Shown in pieces: positions 50,932-64,000 of a DNA stretch of 64,000 nt; position 1 is the stretch's first letter, and the number at the start of each line of letters is the position of its first letter. Both the position numbers and the translations under genes were made by a program. A model generated the notes under the pieces. The model searched no databases. It saw nothing but the letters and a program-made list of their open reading frames with translations, and was not told the DNA's origin. Source of the stretch: Bugula neritina (taxonomy: Eukaryota > Animalia > Bryozoa); the NCBI GenBank assembly GCA_964035545.1, contig OZ037765.1, positions 8,690,698 to 8,754,697 of the forward strand, written 5' to 3'.

Positions 50932-52817
50932 ATGGCGGAACAAGAGGGAGATGATTTAGAGTATCATGTCACATTTCCTACTCCAAAACCTGGCAGTGAC
51001 CAAATATCTGGATACAATAGTGTAGAAGATTTGCTTCGAAAAAGAGAAACCGCCGTTCTCTTAATAGGATGGATGAATTGCCAAGATAAATATCTGGCAA
51101 AATATAGTAAATTATACGAAGATATCGGGTGAGTTTTAGTTGAAGTTTAACTTTTACTTAATTAAAGTTTAATTTTGAGGTTTAATTAGAAGTTTAAGTT
51201 ATGTGCAACTTAAACCAAGCGCGTAGCACAGTTTTGTTTTGCATTATGAATTGGTGTATTTGCAATAATCTATTAAAGTAACAGCTATTACTAGGTTCCA
51301 ATGCCTAGACTAGCCTGAAAAATTGTTAGGGCGGTTGAACTTGATCAAAGTTCAACAGGGCCACGAATCATGACTATTAGCAATATTAGGACAATCATTC
51401 AGCCATAATCTCTTTTTTTCCACATTTATGACTTTCGGTCATGTTTTCAACAGATTGTGACTATAGGTAAACCTAAGATAATAACTATTAGTACTTCTGA
51501 TGTTTTTTATCAGTGGCAACACACATTATATCGGTTTTGTGAAGAAATCAACTCAAAATACTATGCACCCATAATCATATATGTTATTGAATAAAAGAAA
51601 GGTAGCGTCAATATTCATTTAGCTAATGTTTTATGCGTTGAATGTTTTTGCAGATTTGTAGTTGAATTTTTTTTATGATATTCATAATTGTCTCAAGTAA
51701 GGGCTGATTAATTTTAAATAGAAGTTAGCTCCAATAAGCTTTTAGTCATTAATTTGAGTTCAATAATAACTCGGTTTACTCTTCTATATTTTGCTGAATA
51801 AAGGAGCCTAAAAATTGGGGAAATACTGCAGAATTTTTTATAGACTAAGGCGTTTTCAAGATGCTATAGAACTAGAGTAGGCATAAATATAAATTTGATT
51901 AATATTACTGGTCCAAGGAAGTCTATTTCTATGACCAATTCTTAGTTAAGATGTTAATTCAAGCAAAATTTATATTTTCTTCTGATTCCACAATTAAAGT
52001 GACATTTTCACTACTGCTCAGTTGCTTTATATATGCTGACCTATTTTTTTATGACAGATCATAAACTACATGGTTTTATTTGTTGCATATATCTTACTGT
52101 AACACTGCTCATTTTACATAACACATTTTGTATTTTAGGTGTACAACTGTTAGATACAGCCCATCGTTTAAAGATGTAACTGATGCAAACGCAACAAGCA
52201 TAGCAAAGAAATTGCTTGAAGTGGTGGTCGACATGAATCTTTGTGATAACCCAGTCTTATTTCATGTGTTTAGCAATGGAGGTTGTAAAATATACAGCTG
52301 CATGAGAAGAGAGTTGGAGAACAACCCATACTTTGAGGACATCACTAAATTAGGAGTGCTGTATGATAGTGCCCCTGGAAATCTTAGCATAAATCAACAG
52401 GTTGCAAGTGTTACTAGTAACCTACAAGCTAATCTGTGGACTAGCTTGTTGAGAATAGCTTGCTATGCGTCACTTTCTCTTGCTTATGGGTTAAAGAGAA
52501 TTCTGCACCTGTTCGGACAGACGGTACATGAAACATTGTATGACAGAATGATGTACTATCAAGATGGTTGCCCAGAAATTTATCTCTATAGCAAAGCAGA
52601 TGAGATTGTCAAATCAAGCGATATCGATAACATGATTGAAAAACGGCGCATTCAAGGTGTTGATATCACAGCCATTTGCTGGGTTGATTCTTCACATGTT
52701 CAGCATTTTCGACTTCATCAAGAAGATTACACTAAAAACTGCTATGATTTTTTGAGCAAATGTATAATAGCATCATTGGAAGGTGAATATGTAGATTTAG
52801 ATTACAAGGACAAATGA
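50932..52817 (+). CDS. TMEM53: Transmembrane protein 53-like (DUF829, alpha/beta-hydrolase-like), 2 exons
   Basis: Exons 50932-51128 and 52139-52817. Motifs LLIGWMNCQDKYLAKYSKLY, LFHVFSNGG, YDSAPG, YLYSKADEIV, SSHVQHFR. Confidence 0.92.
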
Positions 52818-53064
52818 CCTTAACCTCAACCATACAAAACTTGAATGTGTTAACACACAGAGCTTTTTTAACATATATTTTACATGCTAATAGTATTAGT
52901 TGTGTTCTTTTAGGTTGTATTTAATAAAATATGATTTTTTTTAAAGGTTTTTAAGCAATGTAGCTGCTAGGATGATTTCACATTTTTTTGAAACTTTCAC
53001 AGTTTAATATCTGAATAGAATGTGCAAACTTTATAAAAATATAAAACAGCACTAGTAACATATA

Positions 53065-54706
53065 CTAATTGTTTTCTTTAACTAATTCTGTACTATTCAA
53101 AAATTTATTCAATTTTCGACGCTTTGCAAAATGTTCTTTTCTATCCTCAAGACTACCGCAAGTTGTTCGGCCAAGTAATGGTCTGTATGTAGTGTGTCGT
53201 CGGTAATCAGACACCAAAATATCAGCTTGGTAATTATTCAGAGATGGAGCATTATCCTTAAGACTTCCAATTACAGATCTAAGCATGAAACTCTTGATTG
53301 AGTGTTCAGCCCACTGCTGCTGGTAGTGAGACAAGAGTTTCTCCACTTCAACTACAAATTATTTAAAGCAAAGCATATTAGTGCACGACCGATACTTCAA
53401 TGGCATAGGTAATGGAAATAGAGATTGGCCTCGAGTATTCTGCTATACAACTAAACATATGATTTAATGAAGTTAGAAATATTTTCAACAGGCTCTCGCT
53501 ATTTTCATTACTGTTTTTTCTAAGCAGAACTATATTATGTAATGCATATGCACTTGCTATATAAAATGACGCAAAATACAAAAATATACTTTATATAACT
53601 GCTTGTAACATGTTTATTGTGTCTGGTACTTTATCAAGCCCATTTTTGTAATTAGAAGCACCTTATTATATATGTATATTACCTGAATCATATATCCATG
53701 ATAAATCGGTGTAAGAACAATCAAAAAGATTTAAAGGTAGTTCACTGGCCATTGTATATTGAGGTTTGCAAGGATTTCGCTCTATATCAAACAGCTCATC
53801 AAGTATCTCTGGTTTCTCTTGTCCTTTCCCAATCATAAATAATAAAGCCATTATACAGCGTATCTGGTGCCAAAGAAATGCTTTGCTAACAACTGTAAAT
53901 GTGCACATAGAATAGCCATCGGAATCACTAGCAACTGTAACTCCAGCTGAATCAATGTGACGTATAAAACTGATAACACCATTTCCTACATCCATCTTGC
54001 ACAGGTTTCTAAAATCATGAGTCCCAACAAGCTTCTTTGCAGCCAAATCCATGATTTCAACATTTAGGTCTCCTTTCGCGAAAAAGTATTTGTAAGTTCT
54101 AGAGTTACAATCAAACCTGGCACTGAAATCTGGTTGAACTGGTGCCCATGCCAAAACCCTTATTTCATCTGGCAATATTCTGTTCAAAATTCCAGCAAAG
54201 TCAATTTCAGGTTTTTCATTGTCAGTAGGTGCAGCAGTAGGATTGGCTATCACACCAATTCCAGATGACTGAGTAGTTCGGAGATCTATAGATATAACTT
54301 GGCAAAAAGCACTGACACCTTTATCAGTTCGACCACACCGATGATAGTTTGAGGTTTCTCTGTTTTCAATCAATTTGGCAGTAATTAATGCTTCAAACAA
54401 TGCATGTTCTATAGTTTTATTTGTGTCCTCTTGCACAACAAAGCCTTTATAATCCCATCCAAGATAGGCTATCTTCAATGCTACATGGCGCTTGTTGTAC
54501 TTGGACCAATCAAAAGGCCGATTTTTTAATTTTGCTTTTCCTACTTTCTGGTCATTAGATTTAGCTATAATGTTTTTTAGCTGATTGACGTGAAACTCTA
54601 ATTGCCGAATCCTGTCTACCAGATCTTCCTTGCTCAGAGAATTTAGATCAGCTGTTTTGATGGTGGCTGAAGTGGTGATAAAATTGTCAGCAGCTTTAGT
54701 AGCCAT
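53065..54706 (-). CDS. PUS3: tRNA pseudouridine(38/39) synthase, 2 coding exons
   Basis: Exons 54706-53683 and 53351-53065. Motifs RHVALKIAYLGWDYKGF, catalytic NYHRCGRTDKGVSA, FSARF, GTHDFRNLCKMD, AFLWHQIRC. Confidence 0.96.
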
Positions 54707-55229
54707 TTTTCAGGAAATTACTAAAACATAAGATAAAAACAATTGAGTTTACTATATTGATTAGGCTTGTTTTATCGGGTGAGGGTACATTTGAACCGTA
54801 GTTTTTGATGAGAATTTGTAACCAGTATTGAAATGAAAAACAAATTTTCAAGTTGGATAAAAACATGACCAGAAAACAGTTGTAAAATTTCTTAATTTTA
54901 AACAGACAAATATTACTGCACCAATTATAGGCTAGAAGAGTTGGTTTAGAGCTACAAATGAAGCAGTAAAAATATAAAATGCTTTTTCACTAGTAGGAGC
55001 ATAAACTTTTTTTCCTTTTCACTAACAATTCCATGTTAAACTTCCTATTTTTATCACTAAAACCAATTTTAATTTTCTTGATGTTTAATAAATTATACTT
55101 ATAGGTATTAGCTACTAAAAGAGACATAAAGCTAGTAATTAACATAAGATAGTAAAAATAGAATTGACATGCAGCTAGAAGTTCTTAAAAAACAACCAAC
55201 CAAAGTTCTTTCTTATATTTATATTACAC

Positions 55230-56250
55230 TAATTGTAGTAACAGTTACTATTACTATTAGCAGTAGTACTACAGTAATTGTGAATATATTACATTTACAA
55301 CACTGATGGTGATACTGATGATGTCACTCTAATAGTAATTATGGCTATAACTATAACTATTGGCCACTCAGATTTAGAACAAAAATTAAAAATAAAATGA
55401 CTATAAAATTAATCTGAACTTAGAGTTATACCATAGTATAACTATAAATATTAGTATAGCTATTTAATTTTATATGATTAAGTATAAATATTACTAGTTT
55501 ACTTCGAGTTTTAGCCTTTATGCTTAGGGTTTGAGTTAAAATTTGAATTTCAATTTATTAGTGATAACTAAAATTTAAATAATTTCATCAACTAACAGTA
55601 ATTTAACAACTCTAAGACTCAAAGTTAGACTCCAAGTACTAAAAGCAGAACTACAAGTACTAGTAGATAAATCATAAATTTAAAACTAAATTTAAATAAT
55701 TATTATTATAAATTCAACCTGAAACTTACACTGTAAAATTTTACTTGAATTAAGAGTAAGAGACAGAGTAATACTAATAGTAATACTAATACTGTAATAG
55801 CAATAATAATATTAATACTATTAGTACTAATACTAATACTAATAGCAATACTAATATCATAGACTGCGAGCAGGTCTTGGGACTTAACCCAATCAAGATC
55901 AAGACCAGCTATAACAGCAAGTGTAACTCTAAGAGTGAATATTGATAGCAGTAACACTAACAAGTACATCTAACAACTAGTACTAGTACTACTAGTAGTA
56001 GTACTACTACTAGTCTAGTGCATTCACTACACTCTACTCTACAGTACAGTATGAGTATGACTTTGAGTATGAGTACTACTACTAGTACTACTACTACTAA
56101 TCTGCTACTACAGTACTACTAGTACTAGTAGTACTAAAGTACAGGTACTAGTAGTAGACGTAGTACCTGTTAGTACCTGTGGCTGTAGTACTAATTGTAC
56201 TAGTAGTAGAACTACGTCTACTGTTCAGTGTTCTACTAGTACTAGTAACT
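55230..56250. repeat. Degenerate ANANTN / (AGT,ACT)n tract in the inferred PUS3 5'UTR intron
   Basis: ATACTA/ATAGTA/AGAGTA/AGACTC units and TACTAGTACT palindromes, lying between a candidate donor (56315) and acceptor (54721) on the minus strand. Confidence 0.8.
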
Positions 56251-57019
56251 TTTATTTATTTTTAATGATCAGTATTTTAGAAAAAGCCATAGAAGTGCAA
56301 ACAAAAACTTCTTACGCAAAAGTGGTGTGGTATCTGCTTGGCCCTTTGCTGGAAACAGCCAGAGTGATTAATTATAATTATTCCTCGACGTTTGGAAACC
56401 AGCGTGATACAGACAACCATACGTTGGAAACAAAGCGGTAGAGGAATACAAAGCATTATAATGGATGCGGCGATTCAGCTAGCTGAAGTTGATGCAAGTT
56501 GTTGTAACTTTTATTTGCCATTTATATTATCGAAATAGTTAGTTGTATAGTTCATTAACGAGAGACCAAAAAGCAGGTTATCTTTTAGATTTAGGACTAC
56601 GTTCTTGCATCATATTATAAACAGTCAGAAAACTGCTATCTGAAGCCTGGAATTAAAAGTCAACTTTATCCTATCCAAATTTTGATGAGGGTTTGAAAAG
56701 GGATTGCAATTTATAGTACACGCCTGCCTGCAACTTAGCGCTCTCAATAGCCTCTTTCAATATTTAAGTAGTGTTGTGGACTAGGCAAGCGTTATTTTCT
56801 TTTCATTCATTTTATGAATGCACAATGACAATTACACTAACATTGTCATATTTTTGCACGTTTAATGATAGTTAGGACTGGCCGTCAATTTTATGACCAT
56901 TTAATTTCATAAAAATTTTACCTGCATTGATTAGTATTGCATTTACTAATAATAATATTATCACTATTAAATAATTATTAAATTTAATTAGACTTGGTTG
57001 TTAGACTTCGTGTTACAAT

Positions 57020-57480
57020 AAGTATAACAATATCAATATGAATAATGAATATCAATATGAAATTGGATATACTATATTATTATATAGTATGAGTATATAA
57101 TCACTATATAGTATATAGACTTAAACTTAGTTAATAAGTTATACTTATACTTATAGTTATACTTATAGTTATAGTAATACTAATACTAATACTAATAGTA
57201 ATACTACTAATAGTAATAGTTACAATTATAATAATTAATAAATAATACTAATGCTAATACTAATAGTATTAGTATTGTAATAGTAAATACTTATTGCTAA
57301 TAGTAATAGTAATACTAAGTCTAATACTAATAGTATTACTATTGGTAATAGTTATACTCTAGAAGTAAAAGTAGACAGTTTCACTTTCAGTTTGAGTTTG
57401 ACTTTGACTTTAAGTCACTGAGTAACTGTAAGTGAGTTACACTTACTCAAAGTTACTGCTACTGTTAGACTTTTCAAGCT
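57020..57480. repeat. Degenerate ANANTN tract on the OAT side of the PUS3/OAT intergenic region
   Basis: ATACTT/ATAGTT/ATACTA/ATAGTA runs, then the opposite orientation (TTTGAGTTTGACTTTGAC). Confidence 0.8.
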
Positions 57481-57829
57481 AACAAAACTGGAAAGTACCA
57501 AGTCTGCTAGTACCACTAAATGTTTAATTTTACATTAATATGAAATTATATATTGCGTTTTTAATATTTATTATAATTAACTCACCTCGTAAAAATTAGA
57601 ACACTCTGCTAAAACTTACAGGTGCAAAATGATGAGTGTCTCTTATGTTGTTTTTGTTTGGATTTATCATATGTTGAAATATACCTATTCTAGCATGTAG
57701 CTAAGTTTGAACATTTTAATGGTTAATTGTAATTGGGTTTTAGCACATAGCTAAGCTGATATTTTGTTATGAGGTGGTATCCTCAAATCTCTAATGCTTC
57801 AAGGAAAAAAAATGTTGTAAAAGGTCTGT

Positions 57830-58800
57830 GAGAATGCAGAAATAGATGTTGGTTCTCCTCTTTTAGCAGATCGAGTGTTGATTGATCAGTTTGAATTTAC
57901 TAGTCCATTATAAGCATATAAATCGTTTCATTGCGCTCTTCATCTGAGAGTATTCTCATCAACAAAGTTAATCTATGGTCTCTTCGTCGGCTCGCAAGAG
58001 TTTTAAGCTGCAATTCTGAGTGAGCATCATTGACGCCACATCTTCCTTTGAAGCTAGCAATAAACCTGATGGCTTGATTTTGAACATGTTCAATTTTTTC
58101 ACAAGCACTTTTTTTGTTGGATCCCCCAATGTGTCTGCATACTCAAGGATAGGTCTACATAGACCAAGGTGTGCAATTCATTTGGCCTTCATGGGTGCAT
58201 TGTAATTCGTATGCTTGATACAGCCAAATTATTTTGCTTGCGTTGTTGCCTTTAGATGTAATATGTCTGTCAAACTTCAGAGGAGACTGCATGATTGCAC
58301 CAAAATATTTGGTTTCTTCAACTGTTTTGAGAGTGGTGTCACCAAGTGAATATAGATGGGAGGTGTCATTAGTTTTACCAGATATAATCGCTTCACACTT
58401 ATCGGTATTAGATGGCATTTTTCATTTAAGTGACCAGCTATGAAGTGAGTTTAGGTCTCTCTGAAAGGCTTGCTGTTGTATTCCGTTGTTAACTTCAGCA
58501 TATGTAAGTATGTCGTCAGCATATAGACTCACTTTACATGAAACTGATTGAGGGCGATCATTTATGTTGATTAGGAAAAGTGTTGGCCCAAGAACTGACC
58601 CTTGAACGACTCTAGGTGTTTCACCTAGTTCAGACGATTCAGTCCCTTTGATCACCACTTTTTGACTTCTGTCAGTCAAAAATCTCTGTGTCTAATTGGC
58701 AATGAAATGGTCAATTTCTTCAATTTGCCTGATTTTCTTTGTGAGCTGTAAATGAGAAACTTTATCAGAGGCCTTTTTGAAATCTGGGATTACTGCATGA
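57830..58800 (-). mobile_element. Decayed non-LTR retrotransposon (CR1/L2/Jockey-group-like) reverse-transcriptase fragment
   Basis: ORF pieces VVQGSVLGPTLFLININD...SLYADD and NTDKC...KYFG, broken by frameshifts and stops. Boundaries are approximate. Confidence 0.85.
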
Positions 58801-59523
58801 GTAGTTGATGAGTTGAAATTTATAATAATATTAATATTTGGTGTGAGTGTTGAAGGATCAATTTTCAATTATAATTATATAACTATCAGTATCAATGTCA
58901 TAATTATCATTATAGTAATTTTAGAAATTTATTTAAATTTTGAATGCTTTAAGTTACTCACCTCATATAAACTGCGTAAGATATATAATATAACTAAAAT
59001 ATGTTTTCAAGAACAATTTCCTTAATAATCTTGAACTTTTAATGTGACAGAAAAACTTTGAAGATATAAATTTCTATAAATGCAATTTTGTTTGCTAGCC
59101 ATATTATGGTTCAGCCATTGTTTTAGGATTGTTATTTTTGCTGTATATTACTATCAAGTATAATCTGACTTCAAAATTTTAATCTTCTGTCAACTTTAGA
59201 CCACTTGAACTTGTTTGTCAGTTTTATCTCTTTATTAATTAACACCACTAGTCACCAAAAATTGTAGCAGCTGTTCTCAATGATTCTAATGGTCCAACAC
59301 AATTTCTTTATTAGCTAAAAACTCTATCCCCTTCAGGTATATTCTGATAAGAAATAAACACCAGTGACCTTGAAAACATAGAACTTTGCTCTAAGTTCTC
59401 AGATACAGATATCAGTTTTGTTTACCTTTTGAAAGCTGCCTGGGTAAACATTGCATAACCTTCCATGAATTTTATTAGGAAATTTCAAACTCATGTTCCC
59501 TAAATGTTATCAGGTAAACCAAT

Positions 59524-62500
59524 ATGGCTATGCTAAGACATGTATCTCAATTCCTAAAGTTTGGTGTGAGAAATAGTTCAGCTGTTGCGGCGAACGAGCT
59601 AGGCTCTCTCGGCCCTTCTTCTGAGCGAGTGTTTGACAGAGAAGACAAGTACGGTGCTCATAATTACCATCCATTGCCCGTAGCGTTGAAGAAAGGCAAA
59701 GGTTAGTTTGCCGGTGATGAAACTGTTTATTAGAGTAATTGCATGGTGACTAAATGTTTTCCATATATGTGTATGCATGTATGTATGTTTTCAAATGGAG
59801 CTGTAAATTCTGAACCTAAGCATGAAGCAAAAGTTAATAATATATTTATAAAGATTTCACCCTCTAATTACATAAATCTACCCGCTAGTATGATTTACAA
59901 TACATGAGTATAGACAGGCATATTATGCAAATTTTCAACTGTATCAACTTTCAGCTGTATCTTATTTTAGTTAAAATCGGAGCAATTTTTAAGACATGTG
60001 TGTTTTGTATGTTGCTATGAAAGTCAACGACCGTATTCAGCTATTTGAATGCCGAAAGCCGTAGTTATTATATTTCACAATACTATAATGTAAATGATTA
60101 CTATTGATTTTATTAGGCAAAAATAATAAAAAAAGGGATAAAATTAATAAAAAATGGCATCAGTTACCAAACATTGTAGTTGCTAATAGCATTACTTGGG
60201 TCACTTCATATTGCCACAGTTATAGTATACCACTATTGATTACTATTAATTAGATACTAATTACTTGATTGTATATTGGAATGATTGTTATTTGAAATGG
60301 CAACACATTTATTATATTGTCATTAATATAGGATACTGCTAGTTTAGACTTTGAGTGCTGATGCAATGTTTCATCATATTTCATATTTTTAGATAGAAAA
60401 TGTTTCAAGTTCGGCAGTATTAAAACATTAATCAATCAATTACTTTGAGCTGAAATATTGTTAAGTAGTCTTGATACAATTTAAAACTTGTTTATACTTG
60501 TATTTTTATGTCTATTTTGTATTTAAATCTCCTACCAACTACTTCATGTAAGACTAAAGAGTAAGGATTCTAGTTATTATCCCATTAGTTATGTCATTAG
60601 TTATTATGCTCACCACCAACACTCATACGTTTGGTAGGTGTTTGTGTGTGGGATGTAGAAGACAACAAGTACTACGATTTTCTCAGTGCATATGGAGCCG
60701 TCAACCAAGGCCATTGTCACCCTAAAATCACAAAAGCTCTTACAGATCAAGCAAACACACTGGCACTCAGTTCTAGGGCTTTCTACAATGATGCTTTGGG
60801 GGAATATGAGGAATACATTACCAAGTTGTTCAAATATGACAAAGTTTTGCCAATGAACACAGGTGCACCTCTATTGAGTGTCATTGATCTAATTCTTCAA
60901 ATAATAAATCAATTTATTATTATGTATAAACAATTGTTTTGAATGTATTATTCATCATTTTAGGTGTCGTGATATGTCTTTCCAAGAATAATCTGTTATT
61001 AGTAAAATATTTAATTTCTGTAGCCATATTCATATGTTAATACACTAGAATGTTTTTGCAATATTGGCCACTTGGAATCTATCATTTCCTGTTATAGGAG
61101 TGGAAGCTGGTGAAACAGCTAATAAGCTCGCTAGAAAATGGGCTTACAATGTCAAAGGAGTTCCTAAGAATCAGGCTAAAACCATTTTTGCTGAAGAGAA
61201 TTTCTGGGGACGAACATTGGCAGCAATCTCATCTTCAACAGACCCAACATGCTATGAAGGATTTGGTCCCTACTTACCTGGCAACGTCATCATACCCTAC
61301 AATGACCTGCCTGCTCTAGATGTATGCACCTTTCCTTATGTTTATTTGCTAACTTTTTAATTAAACTAAAGCAGGGTTCTTGAAGTTTCTAGTAAACAGA
61401 GGTGTGTCTCTGTGTGCCCAGCTATGCTCTTGTTCTCAACTATTGATGTAAACATGCGATTAGTCATTATTGCTTACTGAGGGCTCTATGCAGCCAGATC
61501 TAGAAAATATAATTTGTCAGCAAAAGTTAATACCATGTGGTAGGGTTTCTAATGGTGGCTTATTCCAGCTAATTGGTGATTGCCATCTTGCACAAACTAC
61601 TGTCTATAATGGTGGCTGTAGTTTTCAATGTTGCAATCTGCTTTTATTATATATACAATTCATTGAATTTTTCCTATGTTTGTGGATTCCAAATTTTATA
61701 ACCAAACGCAATTTTTTAAAACAACGATTACTTTGAAATACTTTTCCTACTTTGTTTCAAAAATTATAGATAACAATCCTCACAATTAAAATTTCTTTAA
61801 AGACAGACTTAGTAAACTGCAAGTTGTGTCACTTTGAAGACCATCACATTGAGTTTTCTGGCATTGAGGTTCAATGTTGTGCAGTACTTGCTTTGCTTTT
61901 GTCGTGACCAGTTTGCATATCGTATTTATATAATTCTTTAGTTATGAGGAAATTTTGTTTAAATGCAAAGTATATCAGCGGCACATTTATGTCAACAGAA
62001 AGCCTGCCAGGATCCTAATGTCTGTGCATTCATGGTTGAGCCAATCCAGGGAGAGGCCGGAGTGCGAGTGCCGGACGAAGGCTACCTTAGAGGAGTCCGG
62101 GAGATCTGTGACAGACACAATGTTCTCTTCATAGCTGACGAGGTGCAGTCAGGACTCCATAGAACTGGCCGGTTAGTTTCTCCTGTCACAAACGAACTAC
62201 ATTTGTGTGTCTTTACTTGCTATAGGGTAATTCAGGGGAGGACAACTTCAAATTTCACTAAGATTTCATTTGATATGTAAATATTGTTAAGTTGCCCTTT
62301 ATTTCTTTTTTGAAAAATTTTTAACTCCTGCAAAAATGTTTTGTCACAGGCTCCTCTTTTAAATATTAATAAAATTTGATGATTACTTTTGGAGAAAGAA
62401 ATTTTCAAGTCAAAACTGTTTTAATTTTTGATGATAAATAAATGGAAAACGAATTATATTAGTAAACTTGTACGAAAGAATTTCTCTATCACAGTCAATT

Positions 62501-63374
62501 CATTGCAATAATATATATGTATATGTTATATATAAGTTGTTATTTATAAATAATTGTTATTTACTTACACAAACCAATTTGTGGTTCATTTTGCTAAGTT
62601 GATAATTTTATGTTTTCTTATATAACTTATGTTATGTATACCAGGAGATTATGTGTAGACCATGAGGATGTACGCCCTGACATTGTGTTACTTGGTAAGG
62701 CCTTATCTGGAGGTGTTTACCCGGTAAGTTCATAGTTGTTTTCTTTTGACCATTTCCTTAAGTTTTTCCTGTCGTATTCTGACCATTTTTAAACTTATTG
62801 CAGAGTTATCTCCTCTAAGTTGAGTGTGCAGATAAGCTATGTAGCACTTGTTTACAGGTGTCCGCAGTCCTAGCCGATGATGAAGTCATGCTTCAGATAA
62901 AGAGAGGAGAGCATGGGTCAACTTATGGAGGCAGCCCTGTAGCCTGTCGGGTTGCTATGGCAGCTCTTGAGGTCTCTGCATGATTTTTCTTGTAACAATG
63001 GCGTTTATGTTAATCTGACTTTGCCACTTTTAAATCATGGCTCTTTTTATTTTCCTGCACATTGTTAGCAATCATTGGCCAGAAGTCATCACTCATCAAC
63101 AAAGTTGAATTCTTAGATAACTATACTGTTTCACCGTGTGAAATGGTAATGTGGTAGATGAAAAACCTTTGCATATATATATATATATATATATCTGTTA
63201 TACATTTTAACTTGTAATTATGGACTTGCACATAGGTAATGGAGGAAGAAAATTTATCTGAAAATAGTGATAAGATGGGTAAATTGCTGAGAAGAGAGTT
63301 GGAAACTTTACCTAAAGACAGAGTTTCTATTGTCCGAGGGAAAGGCCTTATGAATTCTATAGTTATTAACTCAG
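59524..63374 (+). CDS. OAT: Ornithine aminotransferase, mitochondrial; C-terminal exon(s) beyond the window
   Basis: Exons at about 59524-59701, 60639-60862, 61099-61321, 61999-62171, 62645-62723, 62858-62971 and 63236-63374. Motifs [48 protein letters not shown] and the PLP lysine in LGKALSGG; N-terminal transit-peptide-like sequence. Confidence 0.97.
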
Positions 63375-64000
63375 GTATGTTGCAATTGAGAAAATCTAAT
63401 ATGAAAGAATTATCACAAATCTTTTTTTATGCTTGTTAAGTGATGAAATGGCCAATATTGTTGTTGATATATTGTTCAATTAACGCTACTGCACACATAC
63501 AGCAACAGATATTAGTATGTTTACAATTTCCACATGGCTGAAGCAGCCATTACTTCTAAAGTTTTAAAAATATAAAGCTGGGAATATTCATCAAGCCATA
63601 AGTAGATTGCTCAATAACAGAGTTTAATAACACGGTTAGCAAAGTCATTATCACACCAGTTTCTCATGCATTACAGCCATACAGCTAACCAACTGCACTA
63701 ACAGGTTCAATAAGTCAAATACTTCTAAAACCTTAGACTAGAAGTTTCCAGCATGTTTATATATATATATGAAATAATCTGTAACAAAGTTTAAGAAGTA
63801 TGAAAAAAATGTATCTTATAGACTATAAGCTGCATACATCCGTACATTTGTTTAAAGGTCAATATTTGCAACTGCATAAACTTTAGTTTTAAGTTTTAAA
63901 CACTCCAAGCAAAACTAAAATGCTAAAAATACCTTTAGAAAAAAGTGTTATAATAAATTATTAGCTATTGTTGTACATGTGATTATAGCAGTACTACTGT

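Overview
AT-rich, intron-rich, gene-dense animal (invertebrate) genomic DNA; the species cannot be fixed from the sequence alone. Positions 1-6764 are a GC-rich Ty3/Gypsy LTR retrotransposon on the minus strand, cut by the window edge. It has a 306-bp 5' LTR, a tRNA-Leu primer-binding site, gag, a -1 frameshift signal and an intact protease-RT-RNaseH-integrase ORF. Downstream of pol it carries an unexpected third ORF with C2H2-type zinc fingers, interrupted by one in-frame TGA and therefore missed by the ORF track. The host genes that follow are: TRAPPC13 (+), with a divergent SLC10-family gene nested antisense in its first coding intron; ERCC8/CSA (-); VPS35L (+); a Ly6/quiver-like GPI-anchored protein (-); a class A neuropeptide GPCR (+); TMEM53 (+); PUS3 (-); and OAT (+, runs off the window). 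Introns carry several MITEs (hAT-, Sola2- and Kolobok-like), two copies of a tRNA-derived SINE, a decayed LINE RT fragment and microsatellites. A distinctive degenerate 'ANANTN' hexamer-periodic, inverted-repeat-rich tract recurs next to the 5' ends of five genes. Gene names come from remembered family motifs, not from a database search; exon boundaries were read by eye.
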